From contig CBDFLJ010000002.1 in assembly GCA_965248835.1 (NCBI GenBank), positions 1,504,001-1,568,000 of the forward strand: a DNA stretch of 64,000 nt, read 5' to 3'. The notes beneath the pieces were generated by a model, which was given only the letters and a program-made list of their open reading frames with translations, ran no database searches and had not been told where the DNA came from. Position numbers and translations under genes: made by a program. Shown here piece after piece: positions 8,284 through 17,999 of this stretch. Every line of letters begins with the position of its first letter. Position 1 is the first letter of the stretch. The stretch is from Alphaproteobacteria bacterium (lineage in GTDB: Bacteria; Pseudomonadota; Alphaproteobacteria; MPNO01).

Positions 8284-9812
8284 TAGCCGCTTTCGCCCAG
8301 GGTCTGCCAGTCGACGCTCTGCTCGTAGGCGTGGGCGGCGCGGTAGACGGTCAGCTCGTCGAAGTGGCGGCCGACCAGCATCAGGCCGACCGGGCGCTCG
8401 CCCTCACCCAGCCCGCACGGGACCGAAATCGCCGGGTGGCCGGTGACGTTGAACGGTGCCGTGTTGCCGATCGCCTCCCAGCAGTGCTGCATCTCCTCCA
8501 GGAAGCCGCAATCGGCGGGCGGAATCTTGGAAGCCTTCATCGCGGTGCTCGGCAGCAAGAGCAGATCATTCTCGGCCAGGAGCGCATCGTAGGCCGCGCG
8601 CAGCGCCCGGCTCTGGTTCGCCGCCTTGGCGAAATGATGGCCGCCGTAATACTTGGTGGCGTAGAGCCCGAGCATCGCGCCGAACCGGAAGGTGTTGGGG
8701 AACTCCGCAGTGCGGCTGCCGGCCTCGGCCATCTTGTCGATCAGCGAGGTCGGATAGACCCCGCCGACATTACCGCCGAAGCCGCGGCCGCGATACATGG
8801 TCTTGTACATGCCGTCAGCCGCAATCCCGCCCCAGATGGCGAGCCCGGCCAGGTGCATCGGCTCCGAGACCTCGGTGACCACCGCACCCATCGATTCGAG
8901 ATGTCTGGCCGCCGCACGGACTGTCGCATCGACGTCGGCCTGGGAATCGTGGCGCCCGAACCCTTCGGCGATCACCGCGATGCGCAGCCCCTTGACGTCT
9001 TTGCCGAGCGCATCGGCATAGGTGTCGACCCGGGGCACCCGCTGGCGCGGATCGAACCCGTCCTCGCCGGCGATCGCCTGCAGGAAGGCGACGTTGTTCT
9101 CGACATCGCGGGTCATCGGGCCGGCATGATCGATGGTGGTCTCGATCCCCATGATGCCGGTATAGGGCACCAGCCCGAAGGTCGGTTTCAACGCAACGAT
9201 CCCGCTCATCGAGGCCGGGATGCGCACCGAGCCCGCCTGGTCGCCGCCGAGCGCCATGTCGACCTCGCCCGCAACCAGCAGCGCCGCGCTGCCCGTCGAG
9301 GAGCCGCCGGGGGTGTGGCCCGGGTTGCGCGGACTCTGGACGAGGCCGGTGGCCGAAGTCGTGCTGCCGCCCGAGACGCAGAAATATTCGCAGGTCGACT
9401 TGCCGGTGATCGTCCCGCCGGCATCGAGCACCCTGGTGACGACCGTCGCATCCATGTCCGGCACGAAGCCTTCGAGCACACTTGCCCCATTCATCATCGG
9501 TATGCCGGCCACGCACGCGCTGTCCTTGATGGCGATCGTCTTGCCCGACAGCGGCCCGGTCGGCGCGCCCTCGATCCGCGCCTTGATGTACCAGCCGCCA
9601 TGGGGGTTCTCCGCCTCGCTCGGCCGGTGCCATTCGCCGCGCTCATATTTCACCGGCGGCAGGTCGTCGGGCATCGCCTCGATCGCGTTGTAGGCATCGA
9701 CGAAAGGCGCCCAGAAGGTGCGTATGTCCTCGACCGCCGCATCGTCGACCGGGAAGCCGAGATCGGCGGCCATCTCCTTGACCCGCTCGGCACTGGGGGC
9801 TTCGTATTTCAT
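8283..9812 (-). CDS. Amidase signature family amidase, CX3C subgroup (paralog of 704..2215)
   Basis: AIKDS, GGSSTG, DQAGSVR, CEYFC; RBS GGGAGG. Confidence 0.92.
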   Translation of the reverse strand: MKYEAPSAERVKEMAADLGFPVDDAAVEDIRTFWAPFVDAYNAIEAMPDDLPPVKYERGEWHRPSEAENPHGGWYIKARIEGAPTGPLSGKTIAIKDSACVAGIPMMNGASVLEGFVPDMDATVVTRVLDAGGTITGKSTCEYFCVSGGSTTSATGLVQSPRNPGHTPGGSSTGSAALLVAGEVDMALGGDQAGSVRIPASMSGIVALKPTFGLVPYTGIMGIETTIDHAGPMTRDVENNVAFLQAIAGEDGFDPRQRVPRVDTYADALGKDVKGLRIAVIAEGFGRHDSQADVDATVRAAARHLESMGAVVTEVSEPMHLAGLAIWGGIAADGMYKTMYRGRGFGGNVGGVYPTSLIDKMAEAGSRTAEFPNTFRFGAMLGLYATKYYGGHHFAKAANQSRALRAAYDALLAENDLLLLPSTAMKASKIPPADCGFLEEMQHCWEAIGNTAPFNVTGHPAISVPCGLGEGERPVGLMLVGRHFDELTVYRAAHAYEQSVDWQTLGESG

Positions 9813-9845
9813 CGCATGACCTCCCTTCGGGATTTCCAACAATGA

Positions 9846-11240
9846 CTATCGGGCCGCCGCCGCGCTCTCCGCGGCGACCAGCCCGAGCAGGAATGCCTTG
9901 ATCAGCCCGCCGATATAGCCGGCGCGCGGCCCGCCCTCCATCCCGCCCGCGGTCGAACCGGCGGCATAGAGCCCGGCGATCGGCGTGTCGTCCGGACGCA
10001 GGACCCTGGCGGCGCCGTCGACCGCGATGCCGCCCATGGTCACCGTGATGCCGGCAGCCAGCGGGACCGCACGGAACGGCGGTGTCTCGATCGGCGCCGG
10101 GTCGTAACCGCCGTCGCGCCTTGGTGGGCTCAGCGACTCCAGAGCCCCGCCGCGCACTGCCTCGTTGAAGGTGGCGACCGTGTCCGCCAGCGCTGCGGGA
10201 TCGAGCCCGGCGAGGCCGGCCAGCGTCTCGATCGAGCCGGCCTCGTGGATCGTCGCACCGGCTTCGGCCAGCGTCGGGTTCGGCGGCACCAGATCATTGT
10301 CCTTGGCGCGCTCCCAGACGGTGGCATCGAAGACCGCCGTCGCGCTCAGCGGATCGTCGAGCCCGGCGATCGCGTTGGTGATCCAGATGCCGCCGATGCC
10401 CTCGTCGGTGAACCGCCGGGCCGCACCGTCGACGACGATCGCCTGGGCGCAGAGCATGTCGACCTGCGGATAAGGCCACAGGCCTTCATTGGTCATCGCG
10501 TCGCGGCTAAGCACATGGCCGTAGAATCTGTCGAGCCCCACCAGCGCGGCACCGGCGCGCTCGGCCATGCGGGCGCCGTCGCCGCGCCCGGTCGCGGTAT
10601 TGCGCTGGCGAATGCGCTCGGGCCGCTTGGAGATGTGCCGCGCCAGCCGGTCGAAATCGGCCTGGAACCCGCCATCGGCGATGACCACCGCACCGGCGTC
10701 GATCCTGATCTCGCCGTCGGTCCCGCGTGCCCGGACTCCGGCGCACACACCGTCCTCGATGATCAATTCGAGCGCTTCGGTGCCGCGCAGGACCGTGCCG
10801 CCGGCCGCTTCCAGCCGGGCGGTCAGCGATTGCAGCAGCTTGTGCGGCCCGCTGCCCGGCCAGTCGAGCCCGGCCTTCATCTCGCGCGGCGGAGACATCA
10901 CGGGAAGGCCGAAGCAAAGACCCGGATCGCGGGTGAAGGATGCGCCGTGAGCCTCCATCCATGCGATCGTCCGCTGCGCGTTGTCGGCGAAGCAGCGCGC
11001 GAGGTCGGGCCGCGCATGGTTGTCGGTGACGTCCATGATGCGGTCGTAGAGCACGTCCGGCCGCTCCTCGACGCGCCACATCCCGCAATGGAACGCGCCG
11101 GTCGACACCCGGGAGTTGCAGATGTAATCGGCCGCCGACCCGCGCTCGATGACGGCGGCGGTGAGCCCGAGCTCGGCCGCCCGGTTCGCCGACACGAGCC
11201 CGGCGAAGCCGCCGCCCACCGCCAGCAGATCGACCTTCAT
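9846..11240 (-). CDS. FAD-binding oxidoreductase, fumarate reductase/flavocytochrome c flavoprotein-like
   Basis: GGGFAG, IADGGF, TGRGDG, ITVTMGGI, GLYAAG. Confidence 0.85.
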   Translation of the reverse strand: MKVDLLAVGGGFAGLVSANRAAELGLTAAVIERGSAADYICNSRVSTGAFHCGMWRVEERPDVLYDRIMDVTDNHARPDLARCFADNAQRTIAWMEAHGASFTRDPGLCFGLPVMSPPREMKAGLDWPGSGPHKLLQSLTARLEAAGGTVLRGTEALELIIEDGVCAGVRARGTDGEIRIDAGAVVIADGGFQADFDRLARHISKRPERIRQRNTATGRGDGARMAERAGAALVGLDRFYGHVLSRDAMTNEGLWPYPQVDMLCAQAIVVDGAARRFTDEGIGGIWITNAIAGLDDPLSATAVFDATVWERAKDNDLVPPNPTLAEAGATIHEAGSIETLAGLAGLDPAALADTVATFNEAVRGGALESLSPPRRDGGYDPAPIETPPFRAVPLAAGITVTMGGIAVDGAARVLRPDDTPIAGLYAAGSTAGGMEGGPRAGYIGGLIKAFLLGLVAAESAAAAR

Positions 11241-11335
11241 CCATCCATCCCCTGCCCGCCGCGCCGTCTCGTTGCGGCAATCGGCGGCGTCTGTCACCCT
11301 AGCGCGCATTCCATCACGATGACCAGGGGGAGAAC

Positions 11336-11710
11336 ATGGCAATCGAGCGGCACCAGCCCAGAACCGGCCAAGTCGTCAACGGCAGGCAGATGCCGTCAAT
11401 GAGCGGGATTGTCGTCCACGGCGATACGATCTATCTCGCGGGCCAGGTCGCCCAGAGCGGCGGCGATATCAGGGCCCAGACCCAGAACATACTGGACAAT
11501 ATCGACGCCCAGCTCGCCTCGGTCGGCTCCGACAAGTCGAAGATCCTGTCGGCCAATCTCTGGATCACCGACTTCGAGAATTTCGGCGGGCTCAACGAGG
11601 TGTGGAACGCCTGGATCGACCTCGAGAACATGCCGGCCCGGGCCTGCGTGCGCTCCGAGCTCGCAAGATCCGACCTGCTGATCGAGATCATGATCACCGC
11701 GGCGAAATAG
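11336..11710 (+). CDS. Rid family protein (YoaB-like, retains Arg)
   Basis: IYLAGQVA, NEVWNAW, PARAC, LIEIMITAA. Confidence 0.88.
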   Translation: MAIERHQPRTGQVVNGRQMPSMSGIVVHGDTIYLAGQVAQSGGDIRAQTQNILDNIDAQLASVGSDKSKILSANLWITDFENFGGLNEVWNAWIDLENMPARACVRSELARSDLLIEIMITAAK

Positions 11711-11716
11711 CGGCCG

Positions 11717-11749
11717 AAAAAGAACCGGACGCCGCGCGCGGCGTCCGGT
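11717..11749 (-). terminator. Rho-independent terminator
   Basis: Perfect 26-bp palindrome ACCGGACGCCGCGCGCGGCGTCCGGT followed by TCTTTTT on minus strand, just after stop at 11770. Confidence 0.75.
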
Positions 11750-11769
11750 CGGAAACCGTTGCGACCGGC

Positions 11770-12699
11770 TCAGACGTTGAGCAAATCGTGCGCCTGGCTC
11801 TGGCGGACAGCGTCGACCAGGCTTTGCTCGCCGACATCGTCGAGCATGTTCCAGCTCCGCATCCATTCGTAGGTGCGCGTCAGCTCGTCCTCGGGGATCG
11901 GCGCCGGGTCGGTCAGCTGGATACGGCTCAGCCGGAAGTCGGAAGGGGTCAGCTTGGCGATCCCCGGGTGCTGGCCCTTGTGGTAGTCGATGAAATACTG
12001 GACGTATTTGCGCTTGTCGGCGTTGATCCGCCGCACCGCCTCGACCACCGCGCGGTTGAAGGCGGCATAGGTCTCGGCATCGACGGCATCCGAAACCACC
12101 TCGGTGCCGTGATAGAGCGCCTCCTGGACGATGCGGCAGCCCGCCTTCTCGGCCAGCGTGATGTAGGGCTCGGTGAGCGTGGTGGCCTCGACCTCGCCCT
12201 TCATCATCGATTCGAACCGTGCCGCCGAGCCGTTGGGCGCCCGGCAGGTCCTGATCATGTCGCGCGGCACGAAGCCTTCGAGCATCTGGATGGCGAGATA
12301 GTGGGTGCCGAAATAGTACGGCACGCCGATCAGCTTGCCGGCAAGCTGCTGCGGTGTGAAGACCTTGGAGTCGGGCCGCACCACGAGCGCCGCGCAGACC
12401 ACGATCGAGCGCCGGCCGACCTGGCGTCCCCTGGCGTCGCTGTCCTGGACCCGGCGGTAGTTGCCGCATTCGCAGGCATTGTACATGTCCGCCCCGCCTT
12501 GCTCGAAGGTGCTGCCATGGCTGGCGAAGGCGGAGAACCCATCGGGCGAAATCGCCGAGGTGTCGGTCTCGCGCGGCGCCTGGTTGCGCGCGACCCATTG
12601 GATGTCGAGCCCTTCGGCCGCGAACAACCCCTCGGCGTCGGCGACGAGTTCGGCCAGTCCCTGGAAAGGCGCGGTCGTTTCCAGTCTCAGCGTCTTCAT
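11770..12699 (-). CDS. SsuA/NMT1/THI5-like binding-protein-fold protein without signal peptide
   Basis: VADAEGLFAAEGLDIQW, QQLAGKLIGV, GEVEATTLTEPY; no hydrophobic leader. Confidence 0.75.
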   Translation of the reverse strand: MKTLRLETTAPFQGLAELVADAEGLFAAEGLDIQWVARNQAPRETDTSAISPDGFSAFASHGSTFEQGGADMYNACECGNYRRVQDSDARGRQVGRRSIVVCAALVVRPDSKVFTPQQLAGKLIGVPYYFGTHYLAIQMLEGFVPRDMIRTCRAPNGSAARFESMMKGEVEATTLTEPYITLAEKAGCRIVQEALYHGTEVVSDAVDAETYAAFNRAVVEAVRRINADKRKYVQYFIDYHKGQHPGIAKLTPSDFRLSRIQLTDPAPIPEDELTRTYEWMRSWNMLDDVGEQSLVDAVRQSQAHDLLNV

Positions 12700-12863
12700 G
12701 GCGAGGCTCCAGTCCGGACCAGTTTCACGGGCCAACGCGGCCCCGCCACGGTATCAAATTCGACCGCGTCCGGGCAACTGCCGCCGTAAGGTCGGTTACC
12801 GACACATCGCCAGCACCCGCGCGGGCGCGCCGCTGGCGCCGGTCAGCTTGATCGAATCGACGA

Positions 12864-14390
12864 TCAGCGTGTCCGGTCGCGAAGCCGGCGCCGCAGAACC
12901 TTGCCGGCCGCGTTCTTGGGCAGAGCGTCAACGACCTCGATCGTCTTGGGCACCTTGTAGGAGGTGAGCCGCGCCCGGCAATGCGCAGTGAGCGCGGCGG
13001 TGTCGATCATCTCGCCCGGCCGGGCGACCACGAAAGCCTTCACCGCCTCGCCCCAATGATCGTCGGGCGCGCCGACCACGGCCGCCTCGGCAACCGATGG
13101 GTGGTGGAACAGGGCCTCTTCGATCTCGCGCGGGTAGAGGTTGATGCCGCCGGAGATGATCATGTCGGTCTTGCGGTCGATCAGGTAGACAAAGCCCTCC
13201 TCGTCGCGCACCGCCATGTCGCCGGCGCTGACCCAGCCATCGAGCATGGTCCTGGCGGTCTCTTCCGGCCGCTGCCAATAGCCGTTGAACAGGTAGGGCG
13301 AGGCGCTGAACAGCTCACCCACCTCGCCGGGCCCGACCTCGGTGCCGTCCTCGCGGCGGATCGATATCTCCGTTGCCACGAACGGCAGGCCGACGCACTC
13401 GATCTTGCGGAGCTGGTCCTCGGGCCGCAGATTGGTGACGATCGCACCCTCGGTCGAGCCATAGGTCTCGTGCAGGACCGTTTCGCCGAAATAATCGACG
13501 ATGCGCTCCTTGGTCGCCTGGGGCAACGGCGCCGCGTTGGAGATGATGGTGCGCACGCCGGTGTCGCGGTAACGCTCCAACACCGCCGGCTCCAGCGCGA
13601 ACAACGCGTGGAAATGGGTCGGCACCATGAACGTCGTCGACATGTGGCCGGCATGGAGATGGCGCAACAGCAGCTCGGGGTCGAACCTGGGAAGGATCTC
13701 GCAATAACCGCCGAGGAACAGCGTCGCCATGGCGAACGCGAACCCGGCGCCGTGGAACAGCGGGGCGGTTACCAGGTTGCGGTCCTCCGGCGCATAACAG
13801 CCGTATTCCGAGGCCATCGCCAGGAAGCACAGCGTGCGTGCGCGGTGAGACAGCACCACGCCCTTGGGCTGGCCCGTGGTGCCCGCGGTGTAGGGGATGG
13901 TGAAGGCGTCCCATTCCTGGATCGCCTGCTCGCGGGTCTCGCGCGCATCGGCGAGCCAGGCCTCGTAGCGGTCATCGAGGACGATGATGTCCTCGACCGT
14001 CTCGAAGGGAATCGCGCGCGCCAGGTCTTCCAGGCCAGGTGCGACGAACAAGGCACGCGCGCCGCAGTCGTTGCAGATGAACGCAACCTCCTCGGCAATC
14101 AGCCGCGGGTTCAGCGTTGCCACCGCGACGCCGGCCGATGCGGCACCGCAGACGATCTCCACATAGGACAGACAGTTGGGTGCGAGGATCGCGGCGTGGT
14201 CACCCATGGAAAGACCCAGCCCGTCGATCACGCCGCCGGTCACGCGGCGGATCCGCCGGCCGAGCGCGGCATAGCTCAACCGACGCGCGCCCTCGCGGAT
14301 TGCGATCTTGTCCGGTGTCCGCCCGGCAGCCGCATGGACCCCCGAGGCGATGGTCAGCGGGCGGTAGCTAGCCGGTAACGCGATCGCCAT
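12864..14390 (-). CDS. Acyl-CoA synthetase (AMP-binding)
   Basis: YTAGTTGQPKG, YGSTE, SAGD, DRKTDMIISGG, LPKNAAGK. Confidence 0.92.
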   Translation of the reverse strand: MAIALPASYRPLTIASGVHAAAGRTPDKIAIREGARRLSYAALGRRIRRVTGGVIDGLGLSMGDHAAILAPNCLSYVEIVCGAASAGVAVATLNPRLIAEEVAFICNDCGARALFVAPGLEDLARAIPFETVEDIIVLDDRYEAWLADARETREQAIQEWDAFTIPYTAGTTGQPKGVVLSHRARTLCFLAMASEYGCYAPEDRNLVTAPLFHGAGFAFAMATLFLGGYCEILPRFDPELLLRHLHAGHMSTTFMVPTHFHALFALEPAVLERYRDTGVRTIISNAAPLPQATKERIVDYFGETVLHETYGSTEGAIVTNLRPEDQLRKIECVGLPFVATEISIRREDGTEVGPGEVGELFSASPYLFNGYWQRPEETARTMLDGWVSAGDMAVRDEEGFVYLIDRKTDMIISGGINLYPREIEEALFHHPSVAEAAVVGAPDDHWGEAVKAFVVARPGEMIDTAALTAHCRARLTSYKVPKTIEVVDALPKNAAGKVLRRRLRDRTR

Positions 14391-15258
14391 CGGACGGACT
14401 TTCGGGCAGCCGGAAGACCCGCAGCGCGTTCTCGCGCATCAACAGAGGCTTGGCTTCGGCGCGGATCTCCAGGGCCTCGATCTCGCGGACCGCGCGCTCG
14501 GGGTCGATCACCGGCCAGTCGGTGCCGAACAGCACCTTGCGGCGGCCGTAGGTGTTGAGATAGTGGACGACCGTTTCCGGCCAGTAGCGCGGCGCGTAGG
14601 CATCCACGCCGATGAACACGTTGTCGTGCTTCCATGCCATGGCGATCATCTCTTCGGTCCACGGCATGCCGATATGGATGCCCAGGAGCTTGAGCTCGGG
14701 GAAATCGCATGCAACCTGATCGAGACAGATCGGCCGGCCGACGCTCGGCAGCCGCCGGCCGCGGGAATAGACCAGGCTCTGGCCGACCTGCATCATGATG
14801 GGCACGTCGAGCTCGCAGCACTTGCCATAGACCGGGTAGTACTTCGCATGGTCGGGTGCCAGACCGAACCAGTGGGGATAGAGGTGCGCGCCGACGAAGC
14901 CGTGCTCGCACACCGCGGCCTCGAGGTCGCGCAACGCCTGCATGCCGCGGAACGGATCGATGCCGGCGAGCCCGGAGAACCGGTCGGGGTGGGCGGCGCA
15001 GACCTCGGCCACCCGCTCATAGGGCACCTCGAAGGAGCCTGCGACGTTGATGTCGCCGGCGCGCACCGCGATCAGCAGCGAGCGGGCGATGCCGGCGCGG
15101 TCCATCTTGGCCAGATAGTCCTCGATCGACACGCCGCCGCGAAACGCCGCCGGCATGCGGATCTGGTCCTTGAAGGTATCGTCGATGCCGGTCTGGCCGA
15201 GCCGGACCTCCTGTTCGGTGTAGAGGTTGCAGACGATGTCGATCGCGCCGTCGGTCAT
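14368..15258 (-). CDS. Amidohydrolase_2 family protein
   Basis: HPDRFSGLAGIDP, HLYPH, GIHIGMPW, LFGTDWP. Confidence 0.85.
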   Translation of the reverse strand: MTDGAIDIVCNLYTEQEVRLGQTGIDDTFKDQIRMPAAFRGGVSIEDYLAKMDRAGIARSLLIAVRAGDINVAGSFEVPYERVAEVCAAHPDRFSGLAGIDPFRGMQALRDLEAAVCEHGFVGAHLYPHWFGLAPDHAKYYPVYGKCCELDVPIMMQVGQSLVYSRGRRLPSVGRPICLDQVACDFPELKLLGIHIGMPWTEEMIAMAWKHDNVFIGVDAYAPRYWPETVVHYLNTYGRRKVLFGTDWPVIDPERAVREIEALEIRAEAKPLLMRENALRVFRLPESPSDGDRVTG

Positions 15259-15268
15259 CGAAGCCGGG

Positions 15269-16696
15269 TCACTTCGGCAGGACGTGCGACCACTTGGCCT
15301 TGATCCGCTCGTCGAGCTCCTTGGACGAGCGGGCGACGACCGGGAAGGTGTCGCGCCGGGCAAACGGGCGGCAGGCATCGACCACGACGCGCGCGTTGCG
15401 CCGGTCGGTATCGCCGTCATAGCACATCGGGTCGAGATGGGTGCTCCAGGCGCCGCGGATCACCTCCATTCCTTCGCGCGGATCGAAGCGGGTGCACATC
15501 GCCCAGACCACGTCGTTCATGTTGGTCGGATCGATGTCGTCGTCGACCACCACCACCCAGCGGTTGGAATAGGCCCCGGCATGGCACGATGCCGCGATCA
15601 GCCCCGCCTGCTTGGAATGGCCGCCATACATCTGTTTGATCGACACAGTCAGCCACATGCGCGAGCCGCCGGCCTCATGCGCCCACACACCCTTGACCTC
15701 GGGAACGCCGGCGGCTTCGAGCTGGTTCCACACCGCTCCGCAGCGGTATGTGCCGAGATAGAAGGTGTTGTCGTTGGGTGGTACTGCGGGGATCGCGCCG
15801 GTCAGCACCGGCCGGTTGCGGTGCATCAGGGTCTCGATCCGGATCGCCGGTTGCGGCCGCCGGCCGCCGGCGTAATAGCCGGTCCACTCGCCGAGCGGGC
15901 CTTCCATGACCTCATCGTCGGCGTGGATGAAGCCCTCGAAGGCGATCTCTGCATTGGCCGGGACCGGCAACCCGGTCTTGGGCATGTTGATGACCTCGAT
16001 CGGCTCCTTCATCAGCCCGCCGACCGCATCGTACTCGTTCTTGCCGTAAGGGATCTCGAGGCCCGCGATCATGAAATAGGCCGGATGCATGCCGGCCACC
16101 ACCGCGACCGGACAGGGCTCGCCGCGTTGGTGGTACTTCTCCATGATCAGCCGGCCGTGCTTGCCGGGCGACATCATAACCGTCGCGACCGAGGGCTCGT
16201 GCGACTGGACGCGATAGCAGCCGTAGTTGATCCACTCGCTGTCGGGGTCCTTCATCACCACCATGCAGCCGGTGCCGATGAAATACCCGCCGTCGTGCTC
16301 GTGCCACTTGGGCGTCGGGATCGACGTGATGTCGACCTTGTCGCCTTCGGTGACGTTGTCCAGCAGCGGGCCGCCGTTGACCTGCCTGGGCGCATGCGTC
16401 GGCGCATCGCCCATATAGTCGCGCCACCAGCGAATCAGATCCATCTCCGATGCCTCGGGCTTGAGCCCGAGCGCGACGTTGATCCGCGGCACCGAGGTCA
16501 ACAGGTTCGCCGCCACCCGGTGGCCCTTGGGGAAGCCCGGAACCTCGTCGAACATCACCGCCGGGTTGCCCATCTTGCGCTGGAAGATGTCGACCAGCCC
16601 GCCGATTTCCTCGTGATGCTCGACCCCGGTTATAGTCTGGAGCTCGCCGATCTTCTCGACACCCTCCAGCCAGTTCCTGAGATCCTTGTTCGCCAC
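15269..16696 (-). CDS. UbiD family prFMN-dependent (de)carboxylase
   Basis: DLRNWL, PTPKWHEHDGGYFIGT, EGPLGEWTGYY, VVDDDIDP, VVDACRP; GTG start after GGGAG. Confidence 0.92.
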   Translation of the reverse strand: MANKDLRNWLEGVEKIGELQTITGVEHHEEIGGLVDIFQRKMGNPAVMFDEVPGFPKGHRVAANLLTSVPRINVALGLKPEASEMDLIRWWRDYMGDAPTHAPRQVNGGPLLDNVTEGDKVDITSIPTPKWHEHDGGYFIGTGCMVVMKDPDSEWINYGCYRVQSHEPSVATVMMSPGKHGRLIMEKYHQRGEPCPVAVVAGMHPAYFMIAGLEIPYGKNEYDAVGGLMKEPIEVINMPKTGLPVPANAEIAFEGFIHADDEVMEGPLGEWTGYYAGGRRPQPAIRIETLMHRNRPVLTGAIPAVPPNDNTFYLGTYRCGAVWNQLEAAGVPEVKGVWAHEAGGSRMWLTVSIKQMYGGHSKQAGLIAASCHAGAYSNRWVVVVDDDIDPTNMNDVVWAMCTRFDPREGMEVIRGAWSTHLDPMCYDGDTDRRNARVVVDACRPFARRDTFPVVARSSKELDERIKAKWSHVLPK

Positions 16697-16870
16697 CGTC
16701 GTTACTCCCGCAAATGGATCGGGCCAGTTTAGCGCCCCGCGCCGATTAGGCCAGGGTTGCGGCCACCTGCCGTCGCCGGCGCATGATCTGTCCGGCATTG
16801 GAGGCGCACGCGTTGTCCGGCGGCGGATTCCGAGTCACGATCGGCACCTGCGGAGCCGAAGGAGGCCCAA

Positions 16871-17947
16871 ATGCTGTTCGATGCCGATTCCCATTTCCTG
16901 CCCAAAGACGCCTACGACGCAATGGCCGGCGAGCACCGCCACCTGCGCCCGCGCATCATCGCCGATGGGGCGGGCGCGACGATGCGTTTTCTCGGTCGCA
17001 ACCATCCGCGCGTAGCGCACTCGATCCCGGTCGAGCAGACCTGCTCGGTCGCACGCCGGCTCGCCGATGTCGACCGGCTGGGCATCGACTGTCAGCTCCT
17101 GTTCCCCAACCATTCCGGGGTCTACAACGAGATCGCCGATCAAGGTGCGGCCCGCGCCCTTGTCCAGAACCACAACGACGGCATGGCCGCTGCCGAGCAC
17201 CGCTCCGGCGGCCGGCTGATCGCAACCTTCTGCCTGCCGATGCAGCATCCCGACGAGGCGATCGCCGAGCTGCAGCGCTGCGTCGATGTGCACGGCCTGC
17301 GCTGCGCGGTGATCTGCCCGAACGTCAACGGCGGCGCGATCGACGATCTGCCGCTCTGGGATCTTTATGCCGAGGCCGAGCGGCTGGGCGTTGTCGTCGC
17401 CTTCCACGGCGATGCCGATGCCAGGCAGATCGGCCATGAGCGCTTCGACCGCTGGCGGCTGCACAACTGCCTCGGCTTCCCGTTCGATTACATGCACGCG
17501 ATGGTCTGCCTGATCTTTTCCGGCCTGCTCGACCGCTTTCCCGGCCTGAAGCTCCTGTTCGCGGAGGCCGGCGTGAGCTTCCTGCCGTTCCTCGAGGACC
17601 GCATGCGCGACACGATCGAAACCTTCGAATCGCCGCTTGCCCACCACAACTTCGACATCCGCCGCCGTCCGATGAACAAGCGCCCGCCGGAAACGTATTT
17701 CGAGATGTTCCACCACGCGGTGGGACTCGACGAATCGCTCCTCGAGCTGGTGATCGGCAGGTATGGTGTCGACAAGTTCATGGTCGGCACCGACTACCCC
17801 CATCCCGACGCGCACATGAACGTCGCACAAACAGTGCAGACTTTGTCCTCGATCTCGGCCGAGGCCTACGAGGCGATCAGCTGGAAGAACGCCGAGCGCT
17901 TGTTCTCGCTGGAGGACATTCACAAGAGATCCCTCGCCGCCGAGTAA
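16871..17947 (+). CDS. Amidohydrolase_2 family protein (ACMSD/LigW-like)
   Basis: DADSH, GLLDRFPGLK..AEAG, GTDYPH, NAERLF; RBS AAGGAGG. Confidence 0.85.
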   Translation: MLFDADSHFLPKDAYDAMAGEHRHLRPRIIADGAGATMRFLGRNHPRVAHSIPVEQTCSVARRLADVDRLGIDCQLLFPNHSGVYNEIADQGAARALVQNHNDGMAAAEHRSGGRLIATFCLPMQHPDEAIAELQRCVDVHGLRCAVICPNVNGGAIDDLPLWDLYAEAERLGVVVAFHGDADARQIGHERFDRWRLHNCLGFPFDYMHAMVCLIFSGLLDRFPGLKLLFAEAGVSFLPFLEDRMRDTIETFESPLAHHNFDIRRRPMNKRPPETYFEMFHHAVGLDESLLELVIGRYGVDKFMVGTDYPHPDAHMNVAQTVQTLSSISAEAYEAISWKNAERLFSLEDIHKRSLAAE

Positions 17948-17999
17948 AGCCCGCCGCGGCCGGCACAGCGACCGAGGCACCGGGGATCAGGTGCGATCC

